From contig JAAILG010001658.1 of assembly GCA_012026655.1 (NCBI GenBank), forward strand, positions 1 to 63,568: a stretch of 63,568 nucleotides of DNA, read 5' to 3'. The position numbers were made by a program, and so were the translations under genes. The first letter of the stretch is position 1, and the number at the start of each line of letters is the position of its first letter. Below, piece by piece: positions 13,060-25,470 of the stretch. This DNA is from Hydrolagus affinis. Its lineage: Eukaryota. The notes beneath the pieces are model-generated. The model ran no database searches, was not told the origin of the DNA, and worked only from the letters and a program-made list of their open reading frames with translations.

Positions 13060-13300
13060 CCATACAGTGACAGATTAAACCACACTGAGGGCAGCTCCTT
13101 CAGAGAGGGGACACTAATTATTAAGAAGGCACTTAGAACACAATGTGAGCTGACAGCTGACAGAGTGCTCTCTGCAAGCCTTGCATTGTCTTACTGTCAG
13201 GCCTTGTCAGTTCCCAGGCTTAATTACATCCTGTTTACAAACATTAGGCCCTGGCTTCAGACTAGGCCTTTCTGAAGGTTGTCAAAGGTCAGGGTCACGT
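13060..13300. promoter_or_regulatory. Candidate developmental enhancer (MEIS/homeodomain/FOX/nuclear receptor motif cluster)
   Basis: TGACAG at 13068, 13151 and 13158, CTGTCA at 13194, two TAATTA, TGTTTAC at 13232, and AGGTCAGGGTCA at 13286-13297, all in repeat-free sequence. Confidence 0.4.
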
Positions 13301-14038
13301 CACAAGGATAACATTATCTATCTGCGACTTGTCCTACGCTGGAGTAGGGAGATGCTGCTTAACTGATTTAGTTGAATCTTTGTCAGCATCAGGACACATT
13401 TTCTAATCAATGACCAGTCAAATGTTGAGTAACGAGGTGCTATGGCGATAATTGTGTTGACATTTGCGAACTTTTAAGGAGCGCACGTCACACTCGCGTC
13501 ACACGAAGCTCAAGTCATCGATTTCAGATTCTGGACATATCCATGATAGATCTTCCATTTCAAGAATTTCATTTTTTTTCTGGTTGTTTTTTTATAGTGA
13601 CCACTGCCCACCCTCCCCCACCCCCACCCCCACCCAAACACTGCTCTCCCACAGAAGTTTTGGAAAGGTAATGAAATCAAAGTTGTTCACATTGACATTG
13701 GTTTTGAAAACCAGGGGAGTCATCAAAATGTGTCTCATTTTAGTTGTGCTAACATTCTCTTTCTTGTTCCTTTGTAACTGGAATAAGAGGGTCAATATTG
13801 GAGGTAAAAAGGAGACATATCTACTTCAAAGCCATGACTCGTTAGACCAAACAGGACAATCATGTGATGTGATGATGGGGGAACGGTAAAGTGAGGGTTT
13901 TGGAACGATGAGATTGGATGAGATGAGAAGTTGTTTTTCCATCCAAACCAATCATGTGATTTTGTGATGTCCAACCTGCCACCAAATTGTAATTTGATTT
14001 GACCCTGACATTGAAGCTCCATCAGTGGTTCAATGGTG

Positions 14039-14267
14039 CAATAAAACCTCGATAATCCGACCTTCCGAAAGCCAGCAACCCCTTGAAACTGGCAAGATTT
14101 CAAAATACATACAGCATAAGATTTTTTTCCTATGATGTTTTATAGCACACCTGATGCATGGGGCGAGATTCCCCAGCCCTTTCTAGGGTCGTTTCTAAAT
14201 ACCGGCAAACTCCGAAATCCAGGAAGTGAGTGGGCCCCAACCTTGCCGGATCATGGAGGTTTTACTG
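14039..14267. mobile_element. pogo/Tigger-type MITE, copy 2 (opposite orientation, internally shorter)
   Basis: TIRs caataaaacctcgataatccga ... ccggatcatggaggttttactg followed by TA. The interior matches the reverse complement of 1039-1356 (e.g. gtttctaaatacc, gtgggccc). Confidence 0.85.
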
Positions 14268-14511
14268 TACCTGCTTTCACTCAAAAAAGGACAAGTTCCG
14301 TACAGCGCATAGATGCCTCCAGGTATTTTTAGTAGACACATTCTTCTAGATGTTTATTTGGGAAATTCAAGTGAAGGAACAGGAACAGGAGTGGCGAGAG
14401 GCCTGTACGACACATCTGCAGAAATACTTGGCAGTATCACTTGACATTACAATTCCCCAAATAAAATAATTACAAGCTTTCCCTCTGACAATTAAAAAGT
14501 CGCTATTTATG

Positions 14512-14837
14512 TAATAAATATTGCATTTGATATGACGCTCTTTGCATCTTATCTACATCTCAAAGCGCTTCACAGAAAATACTGTAAAGTGAATTGACTG
14601 TATATTTGTGGGTGAAACGCAGCAGCCAATTGCGCACAGCAGTGTCCCCACAAACAGTCGTGGATTGAAATGACCAATTTTTATTATTGTGTTTTTTTTG
14701 GACAGATTATTATTAGGCGTGTGTGTGGAGTAAGGAAACTTACCCAAGGTTTCGATGTGCCTGATTTGCCTGGATTTGAATACAGGTGTCATGCTTGTAA
14801 AGCGAGTGCTCTAACCACTGAGCTACAGGAACTCCAC
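14512..14837 (-). mobile_element. SINE family A, full length
   Basis: Complete reverse-complement head, core and tail. Confidence 0.93.
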
Positions 14838-15125
14838 CAGCTATTTGTAGAGATACAAAATGGAGCCTGTTGAAGGGCTCGTGCAATATTCTCACATACT
14901 GAATGATATTCAATGCATTGGGTGCTGTGCAGAAAAGCTTTGGCATCTACTAGAGTTCACCCATACTGCTCCGAAACAAGAAGCCAAACAGAAATCTCCC
15001 AGCATGTCCAAAATAGACAAGTCCAATACGACAGCGTTGAACAAGAGCCCAATACAACAAATCTCAGAAGATACTTGATTTAAAAAAAGGGAGGGGATGG
15101 CAGCATGAGATATTAAAGTTTGTAT

Positions 15126-15320
15126 TCCATCCCGAAGTCCCTCCGCCTTGCCCCCTCCCTGCCTCCTTCAAGACTCTCCTCTTCGATGAACCCATCGGCA
15201 ACACCTCCGCCCCCTCCCCACCACCCTTTCCTCAGCTCGGGTCTGAATCAATAACTGTCCAGGGCTTTGGCCTGTCCTCCTGATGTGAAAGGCGCTATAC
15301 ATATGTCATTTTGTTGTTTT
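15126..15320 (+). mobile_element. L2-type LINE 3' end
   Basis: ..ccctgcctccttcaagact..tcctcctgatgtgaaaggcgctatac..ttgttg. Matches 39323-39556. Confidence 0.8.
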
Positions 15321-15981
15321 TAAAATTCTTAAATATACTGTAGCATTCGAGGTTGCTAGCACATTTTGCGGAGATAGAAAAAGCTTTTCAATGAGAGTTG
15401 ATGTTGAAAAGTTCACTACAACAGTTTCTAATACGTCTGCGCTGTGTTGCCTTGCAATTCATACGCACATTGCAGATTTGTGCCCCTTTCTCACCTTCCC
15501 AACAACTTATCATCTTATTGTTCAACACTTCATTATTCATGTATTATGAGAGGCCAGACAGTGGAAACCTCCCACTCTTGAATACTTGAAAAAGTTCTGA
15601 GATGAACCCGCTTCTGCCGAGACTGGTTATCAGGAAACTTTTGATGAGCTCGCATTACAATAACCAGCTTGCAGTACTCTGATGGACGGGGGCTTCCTTC
15701 CTTCCTTGATTTTGCTTCCTATGTGTTCCTCCATTTCCTTCCAGTCTTCCTTCTGTTTATCAGTCTCCCCTTTCTATATTATTCTAGTATCTGCGGAACA
15801 CGAACACTTCGATTCAGTGTGTACGTGAATTTATATACCACTGCTCCTTGCTCTTTACCAACCCTTAGGTTATTGCTCTCAGTTCATTCTTCAGTAAACA
15901 GCTCCCACCCAGGTCTACTCTTGAAGCCTGAGCAGAACAATTTCTGTATGTGCTGCCAGCATTACCTTTTCTAGCGATGAG

Positions 15982-16160
15982 AACAACAACAACAAAATTA
16001 CACTTGTATAGCGAGCGCCTTTCATGTCAGGAGGACGTCCCAAGGCGCTGGACAGTTACTGCTTCAGGCCTGAGCTGAGGACAGGGGGACGGGAGGGAGT
16101 GGGGGGGGGGATTAGGAGTTGCCGACGGGACTATTGAAAAAGGATGAAACAGCATTCGAG
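15982..16160 (-). mobile_element. L2-type LINE 3' end
   Basis: aacaacaacaacaaaattacacttgtatagc..gcgcctttcatgtcaggaggacgtcccaaggcgctggacag. Confidence 0.85.
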
Positions 16161-16377
16161 GCAGCCTGGTGTGCTTCAGCCACCATCACACCTGTACTTA
16201 CAGGTGTCATTCACTTCTGCTGGTATCAGAAACAAACCCTCTTGGAGCCTTATTCTTCTATCTTTGTGCCCCTGGACTTTTAATACAGCAAGCTACTTTA
16301 TTTTTAAAAAATATATTCAAGAAATCCCATTTTAAACCAGCAAACTGAAGTGAACAATAGTTATAACACTAATAACA

Positions 16378-16570
16378 CTAATAATAATCCTTGCATTTGA
16401 TATAGCGCTTTTCATGTCTTCTAGACGTCTCAAAGCGCTTCACAGAATATACTGTAAATGGAATTGACTGTATATTTGTGGGTGAAATGCAGCAGCCAAT
16501 TGCGCACAGCAGTCTCGCCCACAAACAATTGTGGAATGAAATGACCAATTTATTATCGTGTTTTTTTGGG
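16378..16570 (-). mobile_element. SINE family A, 5'-truncated
   Basis: Tail and core present, head absent. Confidence 0.9.
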
Positions 16571-18138
16571 GGGAGGAATTTACTTTTCTCTTCCCAATAA
16601 ATTGTGTAATTAATTTTAGGAGTTGAAGGGAGTTCAGTTTTACTAGACACAGCTGAGTTGACAAAACCTCGGTAAATAAAAGAATGACCCTGGTACAAGA
16701 CGACATTCCTGCTTTTGGAGACAGTTTATTTCAAGTACTCTAACATTAACTGTCGAATTTTTAGAATGTTTTCTGCTGTGGCAGTTTGAACCCATGATTT
16801 TTATTAATCTGTTCACAAAAATCACCAGCATTAATCCTGAACAAACAGCCTTGTGTTATTCTTCGGCAAGGAGTCACACTTTCCTTTTCTTGAGGTGTTA
16901 GTTTTTATTAGTTTGGGGTCCAAAATTTTGCAAGATCCTAATTAGTTGCCATTCTCCTGTCGGTTTTAGTAGCACCCTTTCCTGTCACAATTGTGCAATT
17001 CTTATTGCTATGCTGTCAACAATGCAGAGACCACAGAACTCTGGATTAAATAGCAAGGGATGAGTGACAGATTAAGTCATAGGTTTGTGTCCAGAGTTGT
17101 TTCGCATTGTCCTCTGTTGAAAGACCGCGTCCATCTTGGGACACAGCTTGATTGGTGCCAGTCAACATCGGAAGCCTAACCCAACAAGTCAATCTGTAAC
17201 GATGAACCAGTACAGAGTATATACAAGGAGGCTATGTTACTGCACTGGGGGCGATGGAGGAACAGGAAGCAGGGTGGGTGGGGGGGATATCACTACCAAG
17301 CCCCTATCTAACATCCACTCACTTTCCAGTAGTAATTACTTACAATCTGGATTCCCTGCCAAGCCCAGGACACTGAAGACACACACTCTTCCTTTTGTCC
17401 AGTTCCTCACTCGAGTGAAATTCAGCCACACTGGACAGTTTCCTACGTTAATCTTCTGAAATTTGCAACAACAAAAAATTGAATCCTGAATCCTTCTGGG
17501 CTGTATAGTTTAATGCAATACTGACTGGGCAGTCCATTTCCATCTGAACAATCCAGATCATTTTACTCTGAACTCTAGTGCATCAAAGTAGCCCTGGTGT
17601 GACAAATCCAGTGGACAACTGAGCTGTTGAAATGGGCTGCCCAGTTGGTGAGTAGGTAGCATTTCAGACATCAAAGAAGCAAAGTGAGCTCAAATATTCA
17701 CCCCCTGATACCTGTTCCTTAACAATTTCCTTAACAATTGAGATCAACTTCCTCTTTTGAAAAAAAATCTGTAATGTGTAAAGAAAAATCAAATGAGTTT
17801 CTCTTCAGCCAATCTAGTCAGAGGAATTAACTAAATAGGGTTCTTAGAAACTGCCCTTACTTGGCGATAGCAGTAGGGAGCATGCAAGTAAGAATGGGAT
17901 CAACTAAATTGAAATCACTGGGCAATGCCAATAAGCAGTGCACCAAATGTTCGGGCTTCGGTGGACTGAGTGTACGTTAGTTAGCCTTTCGTTTTAATTG
18001 TTTCGGCTCCAGCTTAATGGTAGGACAATAACTGGCATAAAACTTGGATCTGGGCCTACATTTCACCTGAGCTACCAACTGTGGCTCAGTGATGTCAACT
18101 CAGGTCAGGTGTTGAATGTGATGGGCCAGGTTCTGTTT

Positions 18139-18153
18139 GGGTCAAAATGACCC
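18139..18153. promoter_or_regulatory. Perfect ERE-type palindrome GGGTCA-aaa-TGACCC
   Basis: Exact match to the IR3 consensus RGGTCAnnnTGACCY. Function not shown. Confidence 0.35.
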
Positions 18154-19834
18154 GGGAGTCTGAAAGTCACAACTGATCCTTAATGAATAACCAACACTTT
18201 GCTTCATAACCACCGATTGAGCCTCATTATTGAAGATCACTTATTAAGAAAAACTAACCCCCTGGCACCACCAAGAAGGCCTATCAATCACTGGAGGAAC
18301 TCAAGTCACTCGTCAGAAGAACTGCAGTTCACAAATATTGCTTCGCCATTGGGCTGACACAGGGGCAACAAAGGTTGACTTCAATAGAACTTCAAGAATA
18401 AGACACATAATATAATAACCAATTTCACACAGGGATATAATCAAAGAATCACCAAAGCACAATGAAAGGATTGAGATAATGGGGCGTACAGTATTCTCCT
18501 TATTCATAAAAAACAAACTGGACCAGGATCGATTTGGGGGAAATGTGACTTCGTCACCCTGCTAACTGTTCGATCAAAACCAACACCAGTACAGGACAAC
18601 CACATCTCAATACCAATAGCAAGGTGCGAAGGAAATGGAAGAAGCCAACCAGAATTCTCCTACCCTGTAGTGTTACCAGGAACGCAAACTAACATAACTC
18701 TTTACGGCGGACTCTGATGAAATGTAAGATTCCAATCTTGCATGACTTGGGAGATCAGATGATACGGCATCAAAGGGGTTAATTAAAGTTAAAAGCAGAG
18801 CACGGCCCTTTTTGAATAATGACAAATGTCAATAGTTTACTCGCAAACGCGGTCCTCTGCCAAGTCTGGTGACCTGTGTGTGTGCTTCTGTGTTGCTCAG
18901 ACATGTAACTCAAGAGGCCAAATCACTTTCGCTATGAATGGTTTCTTGTTTCGGCAATGAACTATGGGATGGATTTTTCTCTATCTTGCTTTTTTTTTGC
19001 CACGCATTGTGGGCAGAGCAACAAAATCTATCTATACGTATCATTTTACCGCACCTATAGGGTAAATATTTAAATATATGTCACAAACACATATTTTCTC
19101 TCCTTTAAAACATTGGCAAAAGTCCATTTTGCCTTGTTTAGACCTAAGCCACGCAGATTTGGAAGGTCACAGGTTTTATTTCTGGATGGTTAAAGTATCT
19201 CGGCTTAGATGACATCTTGTCCCAGCTCTGAGTGTTGTGTGTATGTGGGCGGGCGGGCGGGCGGGCGGGAGAATCAGATAGGGCGCTCACCCTCTAGATT
19301 GTGGGTCATGTTTACGCCCCCAAATCATTGGCGGCATTATCCCAGAATGCAATTGGTGTCCCCTGGTGGTAGGAAATGGCATAGCAACTTTTATATAAAA
19401 AAAGTTTGACACTGTGGTGGAGCGGGGGAGGGGGGGACATCAGAACACCAGGCTGAGGAATGAGTTAGAATGACTGAAACTTGGGAGATTGTGAACCAGT
19501 ATACCTACAGTGCTTTTAGTAAAATCACCACCAGAGGGTTAAATAAACGAACAAATGGTCGACAAAGTTAACACGGCCTAAAAATATCAGTGTGAAAAAA
19601 AAGGATTTTGTGCTCCAAACACACCATGCACATTGCAATAGTATTCAATACAACCTTACAGAGGGAGCTGGGTGGGGAGCTAAATGAGATGTGTTGCAGA
19701 ATGAATCACAGTCCTGATGTTCCAGACACAATCTGTCATTTGAACTCCTTCAGTAGAAAGGGGGCAAATCCACTGGATTTGTAACACATTTCTCAGTGTA
19801 ACTGAGTTACCGAGACTGGGAAGTTTCCAGTGTA

Positions 19835-19902
19835 TGTAAAGCACTCTGACATGCCGTCTGGCGTGCAGGGCGCTATATAAATCGAAGTTGTTGTTGTTGT
19901 TG
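19835..19902 (+). mobile_element. Third L2-type 3' tail (tail C)
   Basis: aagcactctgacatgccgtctggcgtgcagggcgctatataaatcgaa(gtt)n. Sister copies at 41283 (+) and 26935 (-). Confidence 0.7.
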
Positions 19903-22900
19903 TATTGAGTTAAATTTTAGCTGGGCAATAGGATTGCTCATAATTGATCTCAGCGCCCTCTACTCAGAGGGACGAGGGAGAGAATTCAAAACCAATCCTG
20001 ATTGCTGGACACTGAAGATGTCAACTGGTCTGCAAGAGAAGGAAGCATTCATCTCATCTTTGCACAGGTTACAGAGTCACAGCCACATGGTGAAGCCAAC
20101 TTTTAAATGGATTTGTTTTTAAATTGGAGCAATCGCTACGACTGCCTTTCAGGTTCTGATGAACTGCCGCCAGCAGTCGGAAGCACTGAGCTGCCTGTGA
20201 TCTGGGTCCACAACCACAGGGACTAGAGACAATAAAAGCGGGGAGCAACATTCACTGCTGCTCTGTCCATCCAATGGTTCAAACCAGGTGACATTACCTG
20301 CCTTCTAAGTGGGGTGTCAATCACTCAACATAACGAGAAGTCAGAGGGAAAGGAACAGGAGGAGGGGGACTGGTACTTATGCCAATAATACCAGCTAACT
20401 GGATAAACACACTCACTTGAAGACTGTTCTCAGGAACGCCCTGCCATGGAGTGATGGGATCCAAATCTGCTTGAATTGTTTTTGGTCAGCCATGTTCTGT
20501 ACCAACATAGCCAGCTCCCCATTTCAATTATCCTACAGCGGGCAGTTCCAATTGAAGGCCAGCACATCCCCTCAGGAAGATCAGAATAAAACCAACATTA
20601 AAGCTAGAGGTCATCCTTTTAATACAACCATTACACCCACCAGCTAATAGTGTTCCCTCTCTCAGTAGAGACTCAGAGGGAGAAGGAACAGCAATCAATC
20701 CAACAGCCAGCTCCCCATTTCAGCCCGTGAATAGGCTCAAACACATAGTCAGCTAAAAGCAATGGGTGAAGGGGAAGCTTTGGTAGGCAAAACGTGGCTT
20801 TTAGGACATATTATAGCTGCTCCTGGGTTGAAGAGATGTAACCTAACCAGCCGAGAACAAGTTCCATTTGCCACTTTTATAACATGAACTTCCACCTCGA
20901 CTAATAATTATTCTCTGCGAGTGGCAAGCTATTGGCTCCAAACTAGATGCTCCTTACACAGTGACTGTCTAAACCTAAGAGCAAAATGTGGTGTGCATCA
21001 GGATTCCAGCTCTCTTGCATAACCTGGGCATCCTTTGCAGGCTGGGAAAGAAAGCAGAAGAAGACTTCAATTGGGTAGGTGTTTCTAATGGTGGTGAACA
21101 GGAAATATCGCCTGACAACATGATGCTGCCTAAACTTTGGTTTTAGACACATCCACAACAACAACAACTTTGATTTATCCGTCTGTCCATCAGTGGTTAG
21201 CAGTGGTAGTGGTTAGCTCCTAGTGGTTAGCTCCAAGGTGGGAGATTGGAATAGAAGGCGTGGATGATTCAACATGTTAAATGGATTTACAAAATATTTT
21301 TGCCGAAAAATCATGAAATGAGTCCACAAAACTTCCTTTGTGGCTCAGTATGGAACAGAGCAGGAAGGCTGACAGAGCAGTATGTCCTATTACTCCATTT
21401 TGATAAACAAAGTTATTTTTCCCCAGATAATTATTGCACACAGTTTAATAATGATAATAATAATAAGTCAGTATAACTTTCAGCTGGGCTGTTGTGAAGC
21501 TCGTGGGTCTTTTGTGAGCAAATGGTTAGTCTTTATCTGAGGCATTCAGATTCCACCCAGTCTCAGCCTGCAAAACCATTCTGTGTTAAAATCTAAGTAT
21601 AAAAAATTGTATTTTTTTTTACATTTTGATTTTTACACTTAGAATCAAGTCCAGTCTTGATTCACTAGCCAGTTTATCACGGTGTTTAAATAGACCAGCT
21701 TCTATATTAAGAATGAGTTTAGGAAAATTTGCCACAATTTTGCGAATAATCACACATTTTAAAGAAAAATGGTCTTGCAAGTTCCGATCAGGTGAAATTT
21801 CAGAAGAACCTCAGGTCAGGGCCTTGGACTCCTCGTACAATGATTTCTTGGCACAAGTAAACGAGGCATAGTGGATGAAAGTCAGCCTTGTGCTTTGTGG
21901 TCAGGTGGTGAATGGTCCAGCCAGAAAGCACTTTGATTGACCTCTTGCGGAAGGTGTAGCACGGAGAATTGGACTATCAAACAAGGGAGAAAATATCTGA
22001 CAAGGTGCAACTCACAAAAAAAAGAGTAAGGAGATAATGCATACAAAATACAGTATTATTTAGAAATTAAGCACTTCTTTTGTTAAATTGAATAACGTGA
22101 TAAATGTCTGCCCTATCTTGCTGCCCATTGATTAATTTGTCTATTTAATCATCTCGGTGGCAGTGCGGGTGGGTTGTAATGAACACCCTTTTCCGCTGCA
22201 TTGATCTGCACTGACTCGTTTTAGTGCAGCCAAGGTTTGCGGAGAGCTGCTTTTCAGGTTAGCCTGCTTCAGCCGGCAATAACATCCTAATGGAAGAATA
22301 ATCAGTGTGAAGCAATACCCAAGGGAGGTGGCTGGCTGTGCAGTCAGCTTGTGTAGGCCAATTGTGATGCTTTTCTTTACTGCCATCATTTTCATTTAGC
22401 TCCATGTGCTTTGGGGAGCGGTTAGGTTTAAAGATCTGATGATCATAATGAAGTCTTTAACTAGGTCTTTCCCCTCAGAGCTGGTCGATGGAAAGCGCGA
22501 AATGTTGATGCATGATCTTAATTGTTGTGATTAATCCTTCCCGGCCGGTCTCAAAGAGGCCAGATTCCATTCCGAGAGTGTAAAGATTCTTTATGACAAC
22601 AAGTGCTGTCAAAACACTGCAACAATAGACCCTAATCCTAGCATTCTCCAAAACGCAACAACTCTTTGACAGGCTTTCCCCCCCCACCCCCCCCAATCAT
22701 CCTACACTCATGGGTGCCTGACGTCTAAAGGGATGTAGTGTCCGGCTGGGATTTCAGACAGACAGTTTTTTTGGGGAGAAAAGAAAGCCAATCATGCTAC
22801 AGCTCGTGAAATGTGTGAATGTGTAATTACGTGCTTCAGTGTAGTGGGGCAAGACTGGGGCGGAGGGGCTGAAAAGCAGCGTGAAATCGGTCGCAGAAAG

Positions 22901-23808
22901 CGTCTGTCCTCATTGACCCTACAGGTATAATGGCCACTTGGGCGGGAGGTAAGTGGTGGTGATCTCCCGGTGGTCTCTGAAAGCGTATCCCACCATATCA
23001 TCTCCTCCCACCACCAATTCCCCCCCACCCCCCACAATAGAAGAGACAAATACCTTAGCTCACACATAAGCAACGATTCAAGATCACGTCGTCTCACTGC
23101 TGGGAGGTCCGTCCACCCCCATCCGCTCCCCAAAAAGCATTAAAGCTATAAATACACACTCCGCAAAATGCCAGTGTAAATAAAGACAAGTCATGGTTTT
23201 GCAGGAATGATCTAGAACTTTGGCTTACTCTTGGCGAACTGTTTGCCAGCTGAACTGTCAGCATTTCTCAGTTTTCAGCACCTCAGGCCCATCGAACGTG
23301 TGCCAATAATGACAAACCTGACCCTTGTTCTTTGAAGTCCCAGTGTTTGAGCACTAGACATGTGATTCTAGCAGGACCCCCAGACAGAGACTCATCAAAC
23401 GGAAAAGGTGTCGTTTCCACTCTCATTTCCCATATAAATTTAGTTGCTGGCTGCTGTTTCTTCAGCAGATGATTCCCCCAGCCTGGCTTACATTTCAGTC
23501 TTTTATGCTTTAAATGCGACCGGTCTGATCAGTAAGTACTTTCTCCAGCGTGGAACAAAGCCACAAAGAGCAGGAAGAACAGGCTTGATCCCAGCATAGT
23601 TTGGCCAATCAACTCTCCAGCGACGGCTAGAGTACGAGTGTTTGCTTTAACAGGCTCAGTGGACAGCATTCTCATCTCCCGATCAGAAAGTTCTGGGTTT
23701 AATCCATCTGATCGGGAGATGGGTCGTAATTTGAGTCCAGAATCCAGGCTGATACTTAAGTACAGTTCTAGGGGAATGCTGAATCGGTAGAGGTGACTTT
23801 ATCCAACC

Positions 23809-24240
23809 TAATAATAATCCTTGCATTTGATATGCTCGCTCTTCACGTCTCTCCAATGTGAAAAGCGCCATACTAGTTCTTGTGCTTTGTTGTTATTTCT
23901 TGTTGTTCAGAGCCTTGGGACGTCCTCCCGACGTGAAAGGCGCTATACAAATATAATTTTGTTGTTGTTGTTGTTATAGCACTTTGCACGTTGTTGAGAC
24001 GTCTCAAAGCACTTCAGGCAACAATCTAATAATAACCTTTGTATTTGATACAATGCCTTATCACGTCTTTGAGATGTTTCAAAGTGCTTCACAGAATACA
24101 CCACTAAGTGAATTGACTTTTTGTCCAAGCTTACTATTTTGTGGGCGAAACGTGGCAGCTAATTATGCGCAGCAGTGTCCTACAAACAGTCATGGATTGA
24201 GTGACCAAATTATTATTTTTAGTGAATTGATTTGGGGGAT
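23809..24240. mobile_element. Stack of retroelement 3' ends: SINE A tail (-), L2 tail (+, 23908-23974), SINE tail (-), SINE A 3' half (-)
   Basis: Four recognisable tails within about 430 bp. Confidence 0.8.
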
Positions 24241-25162
24241 GATTGTTTAGATAAAGCCTTAAACTAAGCACGCGTTTGATGGTTCAGATGGACATTGATT
24301 AAATGGAAGAGAAGTCTCCCCCACTGTCCTGAGTAATATTCCTGAATTGCACAAATTCAAAAATAAAATTTCCAACTGATTATTGTTCATTTTGCTGCCT
24401 GTGTAATGTCACTGGTACAGATTAGATGCTACATTTGCTTGTGTGAGATACACTGGGCTTCATGGAATCACTTGAGTGATGAGCTTTGATGGAATGCTCA
24501 TCAGCTTTGGAGACAAACAAACTTGACTGTGCTACCCTCCTAGGGTGGAACAACCCAATACAAGGCATACGTCCATCCTCCATGAATTCCCAGAGCCTGT
24601 AAACTGTCACCCTAGCCTGCGTGTTTGCTTCCATTTTTACCAGCGAAAGACCGAGTAGTCAGTCATGTGTTCAAATAAACTACTCAAAATACAGCAGCCC
24701 CTTACATTGAATCTGAACAACCCTTCAACAACCTGAAACGTCATTCGAAAAGACAGGTATTTGGATAATGAAAGCAAGCTGTACATGACATTCATTTTTC
24801 CCCAACAAAATCAAGCAGGCCGTTTGGCCTTATGTTGAGAGATGTGAAGTTTTTGCCGCTTTTATTTGTGTAAGAAATATTGAACAATTACTTGATGAAT
24901 TGTTATGCTGCCGCGCTGCACCGTTTGACTTAAAAGATTTTCAGAGCTCAGCTTTAAACCCAGCTTTAACGAACCAGAAAACAAGAGCTACAATTGCAGC
25001 GAGGTTTTCTTTGGAAGAGTAGCCAGTTGGAAATGGAGAATATCAGTGCTCAAGAACAGGATGTTTTTTTCCTTTGTGTTGCCAATGTCAGTATTAAGCG
25101 CTGAGGTTAGGTGCAGCAGAGATATTTCCTTATGGTTCAAAGGAGAGATTATGATTGTTGTG

Positions 25163-25165
<3 letters not shown>

Positions 25166-25202
<37 letters not shown>
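25166..25202. repeat. (TG)n microsatellite
   Basis: About 18 perfect TG units. Confidence 0.97.
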
Positions 25203-25203
<1 letters not shown>

Positions 25204-25404
25204 TGAGTAGCGGTGGGGAATGAGAGTGAAGGAAGTTGAGTACTTTGTTCTCGGTTCCAGGGAAGATCATTAGCAGTCAATAGGAGTGTTTTGAATTGCT
25301 CAGGAGTTCGATCAGGTTTCCAAAGTCTGGGAGTGGGTATAATGTTGAGGTGTCATTACGGCTACCTCCCCTCTCCGCATCTCACCCATTTCCAAGTCGC
25401 GTCA

Positions 25405-25470
25405 ACCAGCGCTTTGGGACGTCCTCCTGTTGTGAAAGCCCCGCTGTACAACTGTAATGTATTTCTTGCC
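25405..25470 (+). mobile_element. L2-type 3' tail
   Basis: cagcgctttgggacgtcctcctgttgtgaaagc. Confidence 0.7.

Noticed and set aside
18661-18670. taccctgtag (start of miR-10)
   Set aside because: Only 10 nt match and there is no precursor hairpin.
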